A stretch of DNA of 63,042 bases, filler included, from Chiloscyllium plagiosum (lineage: Eukaryota), in assembly GCF_004010195.1 (NCBI RefSeq). It is 5 parts of one record of this genome, joined end to end, with 100 filler letters (N's around TTAATTAATTAA, not from the genome) between each part and the next. Parts side by side here need not be neighbours in the genome. Positions count along the whole stretch, not along the records: positions 54,657 to 63,042 come from NC_057713.1; 4 more parts are not named here. One strand, given 5' to 3'. Under the pieces are notes generated by a model. The model searched no databases, had not been told where the DNA came from, and saw nothing but the letters and a program-made list of their open reading frames with translations. How positions within the stretch are numbered: the first letter of the stretch is position 1; every line of letters starts with the position of its first letter. This document shows, in pieces, positions 61,930-63,042 of this stretch. The position numbers and the translations under genes were made by a program.

Positions 61930-62042
61930 CCGAAACGTCGATTCTCCTGCTCTTCGGATGCTGCCTGACCTGCTGTGCTTTTCCAGCACCACCCTGATCC
62001 AGACTCTGGTTTCCAGCACCTGCAGCCCTTGTTTTTACCTAG
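61930..62042 (+). mobile_element. Short PLE-derived element
   Basis: ccgaaacgtcgattctcctgctcttcggatgctgcctgacctgctgtgcttttccagc. Confidence 0.8.
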
Positions 62043-62124
62043 TACCAGCTTCAAAGGCCTGTATAGCTTCAACATGATCTCCCTGCTCTGACAATCTACG
62101 CTGTGGCTAATAAAGGTAAGCCTA

Positions 62125-62440
62125 GGACAGGGAGAAGTTGTAAAAGGGACAAGATCGAAAGGTTGAAGATTTAAAATGAGGTGTAAATGAAGCGAGGGTG
62201 ACGTGGGGAAAACCTTTCTCACCCAGTGAGTAGTTAGGGTCTGGAATGCACTGCCTGGGAATTGTAGAGGTGGCTGGTTCAAGCAGGGCATTAAAGAGGG
62301 GCATTGAATGGTTATTTGCATAGAAATGGTGAGCAGGGTCATGGGGAAAAGGCAGGAGATTGACAGTATTAGGGGATAGAAGCAGTGCAGACACAATGGA
62401 TCAAATGGTCTCCACTTGCATTATAACAATTCTGTGATTC
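62125..62440 (+). mobile_element. CR1-like LINE 3' end
   Basis: ctttctcacccagtgagtagttagggtctggaatgcactgcctgg..aacaattctgtgattc. Similar to 6290-6480. Confidence 0.7.
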
Positions 62441-63042
62441 AGACTGAATGGATTCAGTGGGGATGGGGGTAGCAGGATAGGAGGGAGGCAGGAGACCCAA
62501 GGATGACCTTTGACCTAGACCTCTGACAGCAAATTCTTGAAAAAACTACAGCAGCGATGTTTCCAATTCTAATAAGTACAAACAAGGGCTGAGAATGTAT
62601 AAAAGCACAGACAAAGGGGAAGTTTACCAGAGAGACACACCATTAATAATTGAACGGTGTATGCCATAAGCTGGGAAGAGAGGTTTTCTGAAGGATGTCT
62701 GATGCACTGTGACCTACAAGGATTCTCGACACGCTATCATTACAGAAAGAGAGAGACAGGCGACAGGCGAGGGATGTACAATAATGGGAGAGGCTGAAAC
62801 CACACCTCACCCATTAAAACCCCAGGCTCTCATTCGGGCCTGCAGAAAACTGGGGTAGGAGCAGCCTTTGGAAACCAATCACCAACATCTGGTCAAGATT
62901 AATCTTACATGAGTGTTTCACCAACAATGGTGGGCAGGGTGTAGGTTGGAGTCTTCAGAAAAGGGTGAGACATGAAAAGGGGGGTGCTGTGAGTTTGGGG
63001 TGGTGGTGGGGTTTGGGGGTGGTGGGAGATTTGGGGAGTGGT

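Overview
Eukaryotic, repeat-dominated genomic DNA from a cartilaginous fish (shark): it contains HE1-type V-SINEs, LF-SINE-like and Deu-domain SINEs, CR1-clade LINEs and Penelope-like elements (PLEs). The only convincing host coding sequence is one 116-bp GT-AG exon on the minus strand (60351-60466), encoding the C-terminal C2H2 fingers of a ZNF521/ZNF423-family protein. The rest is probably the intron that follows it, because no canonical terminal exon was found. About 9 kb is a 33-bp GC-rich satellite in six arrays plus one small insert. The arrays sit at the core of old, decayed Deu-SINE copies but are much more homogeneous than their flanks, which suggests a satellite that spreads by homing into SINE copies. 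Many short PLE-derived inserts carry minimal hammerhead-ribozyme motifs and clear target-site duplications. Nearly all listed ORFs are artefacts of satellites, microsatellites or transposon relics. The TTAATTAATTAA words inside N runs are scaffolding linkers. Family names come from remembered consensus sequences, not database searches, and repeat boundaries are approximate.
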